Shown here in pieces: positions 50,472-61,990 of a DNA stretch of 64,000 nucleotides. Source of the stretch: an uncultured candidatus Porisulfidus sp. (GTDB lineage Bacteria; Pseudomonadota; Gammaproteobacteria; Poriferisulfidales; Poriferisulfidaceae); assembly GCA_965116025.1 (NCBI GenBank), contig OZ220480.1, positions 1,344,001-1,408,000 of the forward strand, in the 5' to 3' direction. Under the pieces are notes generated by a model. The model saw only the letters and a list, made by a program, of their open reading frames with translations, was not told the DNA's origin and did no database searches. Within the stretch, counting starts at the first letter, position 1; the number at the start of each line of letters is the position of its first letter. The position numbers and the translations under genes are program-made.

Positions 50472-51396
50472 GATGGATGATTCCTCGAGCCAGCCCCCAG
50501 TCGCAGCGCCTGCGATACTTGCCGTCCTTTCTTATGCCCTTGTAGCAGGTCATCAAGACATCGAACGTTTTTTCTCGAAACCGCGCGAGAAATCCGTTCC
50601 AGTCCGCGATTCTGATATCCGTGCCCACGGAAAGCTTCGTGATGTGACGGCCGGTGGATTTGACGGCGTAGTCCGCCAGCTCGTCGACCTCGCAAAAACG
50701 AATGGACGCCTCTTTCGTATTGTCAAGGGCGATCAAGCCGACATTCCCTCGCGGATCATTGAAGACGACCCTCGCTCCGGACTCCAGCGGCGTGGGCCTC
50801 AACGCCTTGATTTCGGACAGGAGCCCTATTCGGCAAGCTCCGGACCAGACATCAACGTCGTCCACCGGGCTGGGCGCGAACAGCGCCAAACCTACCGGAT
50901 GCTTCGTGTCGGTGAACATTTCCGAGGTGAGGGAGACGAAGGATTGAAGCCGATCCTGAAAAAGGTTGGCCGTGATGAACGACTCCGGCACGAGCGCGGC
51001 CACATATCCGCAGTGATCGAGGCATCTGCGGAGAGCGAACTTGTACAGATTGTCGTAAGGACACTCAGGGAAATCCAGGCCCCGAGCCGTGGCGCTGTTC
51101 TTCGCGAGCCACGGAGGGTTGGTCACGCATGTCTTGAAACCCTCAGGAAACTCCTTAAGTGTGTCTCTGCGCCTTACGTCGCCCGCGGCCGGGGCGATAT
51201 CGAAAGACGCGAAACGCGCGCACAGTCCCATGCTGGAAAGCGTCTCGATAAGACTGTTCGAGCCGGCGAACGGCTCCAGAATCTCGCTGTTCGGCAATCC
51301 CGCCCTTTCGGCCCATTCCTCGAACGGCGAATTTCTGAACGGGTTTCCCCGAGTGAAGTAGCGGCCGGATTCGCGTTTCTCTTTGGAGGGCGTCAC
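50461..51396 (-). CDS. Amino (N6-A/N4-C) DNA methyltransferase
   Basis: GRYFT (motif X), ILEPFAG (motif I), TNPPW (motif IV): gamma-type order. Confidence 0.75.
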   Translation of the reverse strand: MTPSKEKRESGRYFTRGNPFRNSPFEEWAERAGLPNSEILEPFAGSNSLIETLSSMGLCARFASFDIAPAAGDVRRRDTLKEFPEGFKTCVTNPPWLAKNSATARGLDFPECPYDNLYKFALRRCLDHCGYVAALVPESFITANLFQDRLQSFVSLTSEMFTDTKHPVGLALFAPSPVDDVDVWSGACRIGLLSEIKALRPTPLESGARVVFNDPRGNVGLIALDNTKEASIRFCEVDELADYAVKSTGRHITKLSVGTDIRIADWNGFLARFREKTFDVLMTCYKGIRKDGKYRRRCDWGLARGIIHHVG

Positions 51397-51893
51397 GTCA
51401 TTGGCCTCCCGCCAGCGAGACCCTCGCTCTCTATCGCGATCAGGTTTTCCATTCCGAATTTCGCGTCAATTTTCAAGTTGGGGAGCTCGCTTGGCTTTTC
51501 GCCTCCACCGGAGCGGGTTTCGCTCCTCTCGGCCTGCGCGTTGGACTATGCGGGTTGCCAGCAAGGTCGCTTTGGGCCGCGTTCGCGCCGGGTCTCGGTG
51601 GCCAGTTGGTCGTGCGCCAATCCATGAAGCGGGCGCGCGGCATGCTTGTGCGGAAGCGTTCGCTGGACATCTCGCGGATCATATCGCCTTATTTCTTGGG
51701 CCGCGTCACGAGAGGTGGCGCGGCTTGGAGATTTTACGCTATCAGATCTTTTCGCGGAGCGTCTGGTCAGCCGCGCTCCGGCCGATATGGATATAATTCC
51801 CAGAATCTCCAGTCCTTAGTGGGTTCCGCACCGCTCTCGAACGCTATCTGGAGACCTTGCTCGATCACTGAACTTCCGGGTTGACCTCTGAAT

Positions 51894-53039
51894 ATGCCGC
51901 GTTTCGCTTCCCGCGATGGCCGCGCCGCTTCGGAGGCGTCCGTCTCCGTCGTGGTGCCGACGTTTCGCGAGGCGGAGAACATCCCCGCGCTGGCCGAGCG
52001 CGTCGCCGCCACGCTGTCCGGCGCCGGGCTCGAGTGGGAACTGGTGCTGGTCGACGACGATTCGCGGGACGGGAGCGAGGCCGTGGTCGCGGAGCTGGCG
52101 CGGCGCATGCCGGCGCGCATGGAGGTGCGCGAGGACCCGCCCCGAGACCTTTCCTTGTCGGTGCTTCACGGAATTCGAATCAGCCGCTTTGATCGGGTGG
52201 TGGTGATGGACGCCGATCTGTCGCATCCGCCGGAGCGCGTGCCCGACTTGCTGCGCGCGCTGGACGGCGAGCGTGACATGGTCGTGGGCAGCCGCTACGC
52301 GCCGGGCGGACGCGTCGATGAGGACTGGGGGCTGTGGCGCTTCCTCAACTCTTGGGTCGCCACCCTGCTGGCCCGCCCGCTCGTCACCTGCTCGGATCCG
52401 ATGTCCGGGTTTTTCGCGCTGGACCGCCGCGCGCTTCCGGACCTCGAGTCCCTGCGCCCGACCGGCTACAAGATTGGCCTTGAACTCATGGTGCGCGGGC
52501 GGTTGCGGGTAGGAGAGGTTCCGATCGATTTCTCGGATCGGTTCCGGGGCGCGAGCAAGATGAACGCGCGCCAGCAGATCAACTATCTCCGTCACCTCAA
52601 GCGTTTGTACCTGCACCGCTTCGGCGATCTGGCGCGCGCGCTGAGTTTCGGCGTGGTCGGGGTCAGCGGCTTCGTCGTCGACCTCGCCTTCTATCTGGGC
52701 CTGCAGGCGCTGGGCGTCGAGCACCGCTTGGCGCGCTTCCTGTCGTTCTGGCCCGCGGTCAGCTGGAACTGGTGGCTCAACCGGCGCGTCACCTTCGACG
52801 ACCGCGTCCGGCAGGGCCCGGCGCGTCAGTGGGTCCGCTTCACGGTCGCGAGTCTGGTCGGCCTGGGGGTCAACGTTGGCGGCTATCTGCTTCTGACGAG
52901 TTTCGTGGCGGCGTTCGCCCGCAACCCGATACTCGCGTTCTTCCTCGGCGTCGCCTTGGGCGGTGGCGTCAACTTCCTGGTTTCCAATCTGTTCGTCTAT
53001 CGCCGCCGCGCCGCCACGTCGCCGCGTGAGGAGCGCTGA
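51894..53039 (+). CDS. Polyprenol-phosphate-mannose synthase-like GT2 fused to GtrA-like flippase domain
   Basis: VVVPTFREAEN, VDDDSRDG, MDADLSHPPE, GSRY..GG, DPMSGFF, GYKI.LE, R..GASK; C-terminal 4-TM GtrA domain (F.VVG.SG..VD, N..LNR..TF, NF...LFV). Confidence 0.88.
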   Translation: MPRFASRDGRAASEASVSVVVPTFREAENIPALAERVAATLSGAGLEWELVLVDDDSRDGSEAVVAELARRMPARMEVREDPPRDLSLSVLHGIRISRFDRVVVMDADLSHPPERVPDLLRALDGERDMVVGSRYAPGGRVDEDWGLWRFLNSWVATLLARPLVTCSDPMSGFFALDRRALPDLESLRPTGYKIGLELMVRGRLRVGEVPIDFSDRFRGASKMNARQQINYLRHLKRLYLHRFGDLARALSFGVVGVSGFVVDLAFYLGLQALGVEHRLARFLSFWPAVSWNWWLNRRVTFDDRVRQGPARQWVRFTVASLVGLGVNVGGYLLLTSFVAAFARNPILAFFLGVALGGGVNFLVSNLFVYRRRAATSPREER

Positions 53040-53046
53040 GGGTTCC

Positions 53047-55803
53047 ATGGGCAAGGCGAGCCGGGAAAAAGCGGAGCGCAGAGTCCGGGAGACGGCCGGG
53101 GAAGACGCCGCCGGGCGCGCGGATCCAGCTCTCGTCGGGAGCGCGCCCGAGGGGCTGGCCTTGATGTTCACGAGGAAGGGCCCGCCGAGCGACTTTCCCG
53201 GCCACGCGGGTCTCGGCGTCCTGCTGCTCGTCGCGCTGGTGATCGTTAGTTACTACCCGGCACTCACGGGCGCATTCATTTGGGACGACACTATTTTCGC
53301 CTCCATGCGTCAGACCCGGGAATGGTCCGGAATCCTGGATTTCTGGTTCCGTCCGGGACTACTCGAGCTGGAGGGGCATTACTGGCCGGTCGTCTACACG
53401 ACTTTCTGGCTGGAGCACAAGCTATGGGGATTCGAGCCCGTGGGCTACCACGTGGTCAACACCCTGCTGCAAGCGCTCAACACCCTGCTGGTGTGGCGGC
53501 TGATGCTACGCCTTTCCGTGCCTGGAGCCTGGCTGATCGCCGCCGTGTTCGCCGTCCATCCGTTGCACGTCGAGTCGGTGGCTTGGATCATCGAGCGCAA
53601 GGACCTGCTTTCGGGGGCGCTGTATCTCGGTTCCGCGCTGCTCTGGTTGCGCTTTTTGGAGACGGCTCACTGGAAGCCCTACTCGCTGTCGATGATTTTG
53701 TTCGTCCTGAGCCTGCTGAGCAAGACCGTCACGGTGACCTTGCCAGCGGCGTTGCTGGTCCTGTGCTGGTGGAAGCGCGGGCGAATCGGTTGGGCGGACC
53801 TCAAGCCGTTGCTACCGTTCTTCGCGGTAGGGTTCGCGATCACCATCAGCGCCATCACGTACCAGGCGACCCGGGAGCCGCTGGAGCTCGACTACTCGCT
53901 CATCGAGCGAGCCCAGATCGCGGCGGGCGCCCTGTGGTTCTACTTGAGCAAGTTGCTGTGGCCGGTTGACCTGATCGTGATCTACCCGTTCTGGGAGGTT
54001 GGCGCCGGGAATTGGATGGCCTGGGGCTACGTGGCGGCGGCCCTCGCCTTGGCGACGGCTCTTTGGCTCGCGCGCGGACGGATCGGGCGCGGGCCGATGG
54101 CCGCCGCGGCGTTCTTCGTGGTGACGCTGTCGCCGGTGCTCGGCTTCATCGACTACGGCTACATGCAGTTCTCCTTCGTCGCCGACCGCTTTCAGTATCT
54201 GGCGGGCATCGGCGTGATGGCCGCGCTCATCGGCACCGGGACGAGCTGGGCCTCCCGATTGCCACCGGTCGGGCGAAGAGGCGTCTTGGGCATCGCGTTG
54301 ATCGGGGTGGGCGCGCTGGCGACGCTGTCTTGGCAGCAATCGCGACTGTACCGCGACGAGATCGTCTTCTTCAGCTATATCGTCGAGCATAATCCGAAGG
54401 CTCGGGGGGGGCATCACAACCTCGCGGAGGCGCTGCGGGAGGAGGGGCGCGCGGACGAGGCGTTCGCCATGGCGCGCGCCGCCATGGCCAAGAAGCCAGA
54501 CTTTCCGCACGCTTACAACAACTACGGCCTGATGCTCCAGGAGCGCGGCGAGTTCGACGAGGCGGAGAAAGTCTTTCAGGATGGCTTGAAGGTCGAGCCG
54601 GACGACGCGGGGCTCGCGATGCGACTCGCCGAACTGAGCCGGACCCGGGAACGCTATGAGGAGGCGTTGCGCTGGCTCAATCTCGTTATCGAGCGCCAGC
54701 CCGACGCCTCGCTAGCCTATGTGGAGAAGGGAGATGTCTTGTTCCATCTGGAGCGCTATGAGGAAGCCATCGAGACTCTGGAGAAGGCCCTGCTTCTGGA
54801 CTCGGACTTGCGAGGGGAGGCGATGCTGCACAACTTCATCGGCGCGGCGGCGCGGAATCTGAGTCGCTTCGAGAAGGCGGAGAAGCATTACCGGGTCGCC
54901 TTGCGACTGGACCCGAAACAGCCCCAGGCGCACGCCAACCTCGTCGAGTTGCTGGTCGAGATGGAGCGTCCTGAGGAGGCGAGGCGCCACCGCGGAGAAG
55001 CACTCGAGACGTACGCGGGCGACCCCGCTGGAATCCAGCGCGTCCTTAATCTGCTCCGGGAGCGCCAGCGATACGAGGAGGAGCTCGCGTGGCACGACGA
55101 GATCGTCCGATTCCTCCCTGGGGACGCGTGGGGGCACGTGGGGAGAGGGGAGGTCTTGCTGCATCTGGAGCGTCCCGAGGAAGCGGTCGAGTCTCTGGAA
55201 CGGGCGGTCGCCTTGGCGCCCGACGCGTCGACTGCGTCCTCGGCGCGCATGCTGCTGGCGCGAGTGGCGCGAACGCAGGGTCTGCGGGAGCGGGAGGAGG
55301 AGCTCTACCGGCTCATCCTGAAGGATGAGCCCAAGCATTTGGGCGCGCTCGAAGGGTTCGCCCGGGCGCGGATTGAGCGGGGACGTCCCACGGAGGCGGT
55401 TGAGTTCCTGGAGCGGATGATCGCCCTGGACCCCGATGGGCCGACCGCGTCCCTGGCGCGCATGCTACTGGCGAAAACGGCGCGGGCGCGGGGCTTGCTG
55501 GGACGCGAGACGGAATTCTACCTGCGCGTCTTGAAAGACGATCCGGAGCACCTTGGCGCGCTCGAGCGGCTCGCTCGGGCGCGGCTTGAGCAAGGGCGCC
55601 CTGAGGAGGCTCTGGAGCTCTACCGGAAGTTCGCGGACCTCGTGCCGAACCAAGAGGGCGCGTATGGAAACATCGGCCTTTTGCTGTACCGCATGGGCCG
55701 CTTCGAAGAGGCGCGCGAGGCGGTCGACCGCGCGCTCGCCTTGAATCCGGACCACCGCCAGGCGCGGCGCGTCCTCGAACAAATCCGCACGGAATCGCGG
55801 TAG
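53047..55803 (+). CDS. TMTC-like GT-C membrane glycosyltransferase with C-terminal TPR array
   Basis: FIWDD after TM1, GYHVVN, FAVHPLHVESVAWIIERKDLL, LLSK, ADRFQYL; about 11 TM segments then more than 10 TPR-like repeats. Confidence 0.82.
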   Translation: MGKASREKAERRVRETAGEDAAGRADPALVGSAPEGLALMFTRKGPPSDFPGHAGLGVLLLVALVIVSYYPALTGAFIWDDTIFASMRQTREWSGILDFWFRPGLLELEGHYWPVVYTTFWLEHKLWGFEPVGYHVVNTLLQALNTLLVWRLMLRLSVPGAWLIAAVFAVHPLHVESVAWIIERKDLLSGALYLGSALLWLRFLETAHWKPYSLSMILFVLSLLSKTVTVTLPAALLVLCWWKRGRIGWADLKPLLPFFAVGFAITISAITYQATREPLELDYSLIERAQIAAGALWFYLSKLLWPVDLIVIYPFWEVGAGNWMAWGYVAAALALATALWLARGRIGRGPMAAAAFFVVTLSPVLGFIDYGYMQFSFVADRFQYLAGIGVMAALIGTGTSWASRLPPVGRRGVLGIALIGVGALATLSWQQSRLYRDEIVFFSYIVEHNPKARGGHHNLAEALREEGRADEAFAMARAAMAKKPDFPHAYNNYGLMLQERGEFDEAEKVFQDGLKVEPDDAGLAMRLAELSRTRERYEEALRWLNLVIERQPDASLAYVEKGDVLFHLERYEEAIETLEKALLLDSDLRGEAMLHNFIGAAARNLSRFEKAEKHYRVALRLDPKQPQAHANLVELLVEMERPEEARRHRGEALETYAGDPAGIQRVLNLLRERQRYEEELAWHDEIVRFLPGDAWGHVGRGEVLLHLERPEEAVESLERAVALAPDASTASSARMLLARVARTQGLREREEELYRLILKDEPKHLGALEGFARARIERGRPTEAVEFLERMIALDPDGPTASLARMLLAKTARARGLLGRETEFYLRVLKDDPEHLGALERLARARLEQGRPEEALELYRKFADLVPNQEGAYGNIGLLLYRMGRFEEAREAVDRALALNPDHRQARRVLEQIRTESR
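55219..55644 (+). repeat. 213-bp (71-aa, two-TPR) tandem duplication within the TPR array
   Basis: PDASTASSARMLLARVAR...LKDEPKHLGALE vs PDGPTASLARMLLAKTAR...LKDDPEHLGALE. Confidence 0.8.
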
Positions 55804-55809
55804 CCGCGA

Positions 55810-57471
55810 ATGGGCAGAAAGTCGAGACGGAAACGATCCGCGAGGCGGAGTCCCGGAGTTCCGGCGCCGCCGCCCCCGCCTCCGCGGGAGCGCTCCTTCG
55901 CGCTCGCCGCCTGGCTGGGAGCAAGGGAGCCCGAGGGGCCTCCGTGGAGGTGGTTTCCTTGGATCTTGGCGCTGGCGTTCGTGGCGCGGGCGGCGGTCGC
56001 CCTGTCTGGGGATTTCGTGCTGCATCCCGACGAGATCATGCAGTATCTGGAGTCGGCGCACCGCTTGGTCTTTGGCAACGGCGTCGTGTTCTGGGAGTTC
56101 CTCTACGGCGCGCGCTTCTGGCTGGTGCCCGGCTTCGTCGCCGGAATTCTCGCCCTGTTCGACGCCGTGGGACTCGGCGAGCCAGTCTGGTACGTCGGCG
56201 GGGTGAAACTGGCGTTCTGCGCGGTCTCCCTGCTGATTCCGGCGGGGATGTACTTTTTCGCGCGGCGCCAGTTCGGCGAGACCGCGGGCAGGATCGCGCT
56301 GGTGACCGGCGCGTTCTGGTACGAGCTGGTCGGTTTCGCGCACAAGCCGATGACCGAATTCGTTTCGACCGCCTTGCTGCTGGTTTTGCTCGCGCTCTGC
56401 GCGCGCCCGTCCCTGGACCGGACGCGGACGATTTGGGCGGTGGCGGCGCTGGCGACGCTCATGGCGGCCGTTCGCTTGCAGTACGCGCCGCTCGCGCTGC
56501 CGCTCCTCGGCGTGGCGTTCTTGCGGACCCGGCGCAAGGCGGCGCTGGTGTCGGCGACGGGCTTGTGCTTGCTCGCGGTCGGCATCCTCGACGGGGCCAG
56601 TTGGGGTGGGTCTCTGTTTCACTCCTACGTCACCAATATCGAGTTCAACCTGTTTCTCGGCGACTACCGCGCTGGGGAGAGTCCGGGCTGGCAGTACCTG
56701 CTGTGGCTCGTTCTCGCCAGTTCTGGCCTTGGCGCGCTGTGCCTCGCCGCGGCGGCGCCGTCGCCGCGGCGCTACGGCATTCTTCTCGCGCTGATCGCGA
56801 TAGCCTTGCTAGCTCATTCCCTGCAATCGCATAAGGAATATCGATTCATCTTCGCGGTCATTCCTCTGTGGTTGCTGATCGGCTCGGATATGGTGGCGCG
56901 GATCATGGCGCGGACGGACGGAGCGTGGCGGGTCCCGGGTCTGGCCGCCGCCGCGTTCGCGGTCCTCTCCGTGGCCGGAATTCTGAACGCGCTGCCTTCC
57001 CAAGCCCAGGTCTACCACGCGTATTCGAGAGGGACCGGGTTCGTCCGGTTCCTGAGTGAGCAGGACCCGGCCTTCGCCGCCTACCGTTACCTCGCCCGGG
57101 CGCCGGACGTGCAGGCGGTGCTGCATACCGACCGGCATCACCATAACCTTCCAGGCTACTATTATCTGCACCGGAAAGTTCCGTTCTACGACATTCTGAC
57201 GGGGTCGCTCGTCGCCGGCGACGGCGAGACGCTTCGGGCGTCCGTCAGCCATATCGTCTCCATGGAGCCCGGACTTCAGGTCCAGGGCTATCGGTTGGAC
57301 CGGGCGTTTGGCGACCTTCGGATTCTCCGGCGCGAGGCGGACGAGCCCGAGATCCGCCGATGGGAGCGCTACGCGCCCGTCATGGTGAGCGTGGAGGCGA
57401 ATGTCGTGAGACAGTTCAATCCCGCCGCTCCTCTTCCACCGCCGCGCTGGGGCATTCGGTTCCAAGACTAG
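55810..57471 (+). CDS. PIG-B/ALG9-like (GT22) polyprenol-P-mannose-dependent mannosyltransferase
   Basis: HPDEIMQYLESAH...G.G...WEF..GAR N-terminal loop and HKEYRFI motif; multi-TM. Confidence 0.8.
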   Translation: MGRKSRRKRSARRSPGVPAPPPPPPRERSFALAAWLGAREPEGPPWRWFPWILALAFVARAAVALSGDFVLHPDEIMQYLESAHRLVFGNGVVFWEFLYGARFWLVPGFVAGILALFDAVGLGEPVWYVGGVKLAFCAVSLLIPAGMYFFARRQFGETAGRIALVTGAFWYELVGFAHKPMTEFVSTALLLVLLALCARPSLDRTRTIWAVAALATLMAAVRLQYAPLALPLLGVAFLRTRRKAALVSATGLCLLAVGILDGASWGGSLFHSYVTNIEFNLFLGDYRAGESPGWQYLLWLVLASSGLGALCLAAAAPSPRRYGILLALIAIALLAHSLQSHKEYRFIFAVIPLWLLIGSDMVARIMARTDGAWRVPGLAAAAFAVLSVAGILNALPSQAQVYHAYSRGTGFVRFLSEQDPAFAAYRYLARAPDVQAVLHTDRHHHNLPGYYYLHRKVPFYDILTGSLVAGDGETLRASVSHIVSMEPGLQVQGYRLDRAFGDLRILRREADEPEIRRWERYAPVMVSVEANVVRQFNPAAPLPPPRWGIRFQD

Positions 57472-57485
57472 AGGGCGCGTCGTTT

Positions 57486-57513
57486 TTGAAATCCGCGGGC
57501 CCCGCCCCCATTT
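57486..57513 (+). promoter_or_regulatory. Sigma32 heat-shock promoter of clpB
   Basis: TTGAAA-N14-CCCCATTT, near-perfect consensus. Confidence 0.75.
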
Positions 57514-57544
57514 CTCTAGGGAGAGATAGACCTTCCCTGATGGC

Positions 57545-60107
57545 ATGAGATTGGACAAGCTAACCCAGCCGTTTCAGCAGGCGTTGATGGAGGCGCGGTC
57601 GCTGGCGGTCGCCCGGGACTGCCCGGAAATCGATCCCGCGCACTTGGCGCTGGCTCTGCTCGACCTTCCGGACACCGCGGTCGCCTCGTTGTTGCGCGAG
57701 GCCGGGGCGGATATGGACCGCCTGCGCGGGCTTTTGGGCCATCGGATCGAGTCGCTGCCACGGGTGACTGGCGAGAAGGGCGACGTTGGGATTTCCGCCG
57801 ACTTGCGGCGGCTGCTTGACGCTTGCGATGGTCTCGCGCGGGAGCGTGGCGATCAGTACGTCGCGTCCGAGCTATTTCCGCTCGCCGCGCTACGGGACCG
57901 GGGAGAGGTTGGGAAGTCGCTGCGCGAATCCGGCGCGGACGCCGAGCGCTTGACGAAGGCGATTGAGGGGTTGCGCCAGGGCGAGCCCGTCACGGACCCG
58001 AACGCCGAGCAGCATCGCCAGGCGCTGGAGAAATACACCGACGACCTGACCCGGCGGGCGGAGCGAGGCAAGATCGACCCCATCATCGGTCGCGACGAGG
58101 AAATCCGGCGCGCCATCCAGATTCTGCAGCGGCGCACCAAGAACAACCCGGTGCTGATCGGAGAGGCCGGAGTGGGCAAGACCGCGATCGTCGAGGGTCT
58201 GGCGCTGCGCATCGTCAATGGCGAGGTGCCGGAGAGCTTGCGGGGCCGGCGGGTGCTGGCTCTGGACATGGCGGCGCTGATCGCGGGAGCCAAGTTCCGC
58301 GGGGAGTTCGAGGAGCGTCTCAAGGCGGTGCTCAAGGAGCTGGCGCGGCAAGAGGGCGAGTCGGTCCTGTTCATCGACGAGCTGCATACTCTGGTCGGCG
58401 CCGGGCGCTCGGAGGGGTCCATGGACGCCGGCAACATGCTCAAGCCGGCGCTGGCGCGCGGCGAGTTGCACTGCATCGGCGCCACTACCCTGGACGAGTA
58501 CCGCGAGAATCTCGAGAAGGACGCGGCTTTGGAGCGCCGCTTCCAGCGGATCCTGGTCGACGAGCCGAGCGTGGAGGACACCGTCGCGATCCTGCGCGGG
58601 ATCAAGGAGCGCTACGAGGTCCACCATGGCGTCGAGATCACGGACCCGGCGCTGGTCGCGGCCGCCACCCTGTCGGCGCGCTACCTGCCGGACCGCCGTC
58701 TGCCGGACAAGGCGATCGACTTGGTCGACGAGGCTGCCTCCCGCATTCGCATGGAGGTGGAATCGATGCCGGAGGAGATGGATCGCCTGGATCGGCGAAT
58801 GATCCAGCTCAAGATCGAGCGGCAGGCCCTGCGCAAGGAAAGCGACCCGGCATCCCGCGAGCGGCTGAAAACGCTGGAGGAGGAACTGGATCGTTTGGAA
58901 CGGGAGTACGCCGAGCTCGAGGAGGTCTGGAAGGCCGAGAAGTCGGCGGTCAGCGACACCGCCCGGGTGAAGAAGGAGTTGGACCAGGCGCGGCTGGATA
59001 TGGATCGGGCCCGCCGCGAGAACGATCTGGAGCGCGCCGCCGAGCTGCAGCACGGAATTATCCCAGACCTCGAGCGCCAGCTGGAGCGACGCTCGGACGA
59101 CGCGGAGAAGCCTCAGGCGACCTTGTTCCGGGACATCGTGACCGAGGAGGAGATAGCCGAGGTGGTGGCGCGCGCGACTGGCATTCCGGTGTCCCGGATG
59201 CTGGAGGGAGAGAAAGAGCGGCTGCTGCGCATGGAGGAGGCCCTGCACCGGCGCGTGGTCGGACAGGATGAGGCCGTGACCGCGGTCTGTCACGCGATCC
59301 GCCGCTCCCGCTCCGGGCTGACTGACCCGGGCCGCCCGATCGGGTCTTTCCTGTTCCTGGGGCCGACCGGAGTCGGCAAGACCGAATTGTGCAAGGCGCT
59401 GGCGGAGTTCCTGTTCGATCAGGAATCGTCGATGGTGCGCGTGGACATGTCGGAATTCATGGAAAAGCACTCCGTGGCGCGGCTGATTGGCGCGCCACCA
59501 GGCTACGTGGGCTACGAGGAGGGCGGCCGGCTGACCGAGGTGGTGCGGCGACGCCCGTTCGCGGTGATTCTGCTCGACGAGATCGAGAAGGCGCACCCGG
59601 ACGTGTTCAACATTCTGCTGCAGGTGCTCGACGATGGCCGCCTGACGGATGGTCATGGGCGCACCGTCAGTTTCGCGAACGCGGTGGTGGTGATGACTTC
59701 CAACCTCGGCAGCGACACGATCCGAAGCATGGCGCGCGAGCCGCACGAGAAGGTGAAGAGCGCGTTGCGGGAACAGCTGACGGAGAGCTTTCGGCCGGAG
59801 TTCATCAACCGAATTGACGAGGTGCTGGTGTTCCGCGCGTTGCGGCGCGAGCAGATTCACGCGATCGTTCGCATCCAGGTCGAACGGCTGAGGGAGCGGC
59901 TCGCCGAGCGCAAGTTGAAGTTGGAAATGTCGGACGAGGCGATCGACTTCATCGGCAACGCCGGCTACGATCCAGAGTACGGAGCCCGACCTTTGCGCCG
60001 GGCGTTGCGAGATGATCTGGAGAACCCGCTGGCCCAGGCGTTGCTGGAGGGGGATTTCCCGCCTGGACGTACGGTTCGGGTGGACCGCGGGGACGCGGGG
60101 CTTCGCC

Positions 60108-60121
<14 letters not shown>
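57545..60121 (+). CDS. clpB: Chaperone ClpB
   Basis: Two AAA modules ([16 protein letters not shown]), coiled-coil M domain, GYVGYEEGG. Confidence 0.98.
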
Positions 60122-61823
<1,702 letters not shown>

Positions 61824-61990
61824 GGTCGACGACGCTTGGCGCGCCCATCTTACAAAAACCGTGGGCATCGCCAGAATTTTGGCTTCATTCCGGCCCCGCT
61901 CGGCCGTCGCGTTGAAAGGCTTTGGCGATATCGCGTTTCTGGTAAAATCCGCCTCATTGCTCACCGCCACAAATTTCCATGAGGGCCACC

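Noticed and set aside
51383-51884. Short ORFs between the MTase and GT2 genes
   Set aside because: No motifs, mutually overlapping; more likely a divergent promoter region (TATAAT at 51792-51797).
57853-59860. 656-aa and 250-aa minus-strand ORFs
   Set aside because: Antisense shadows of clpB.
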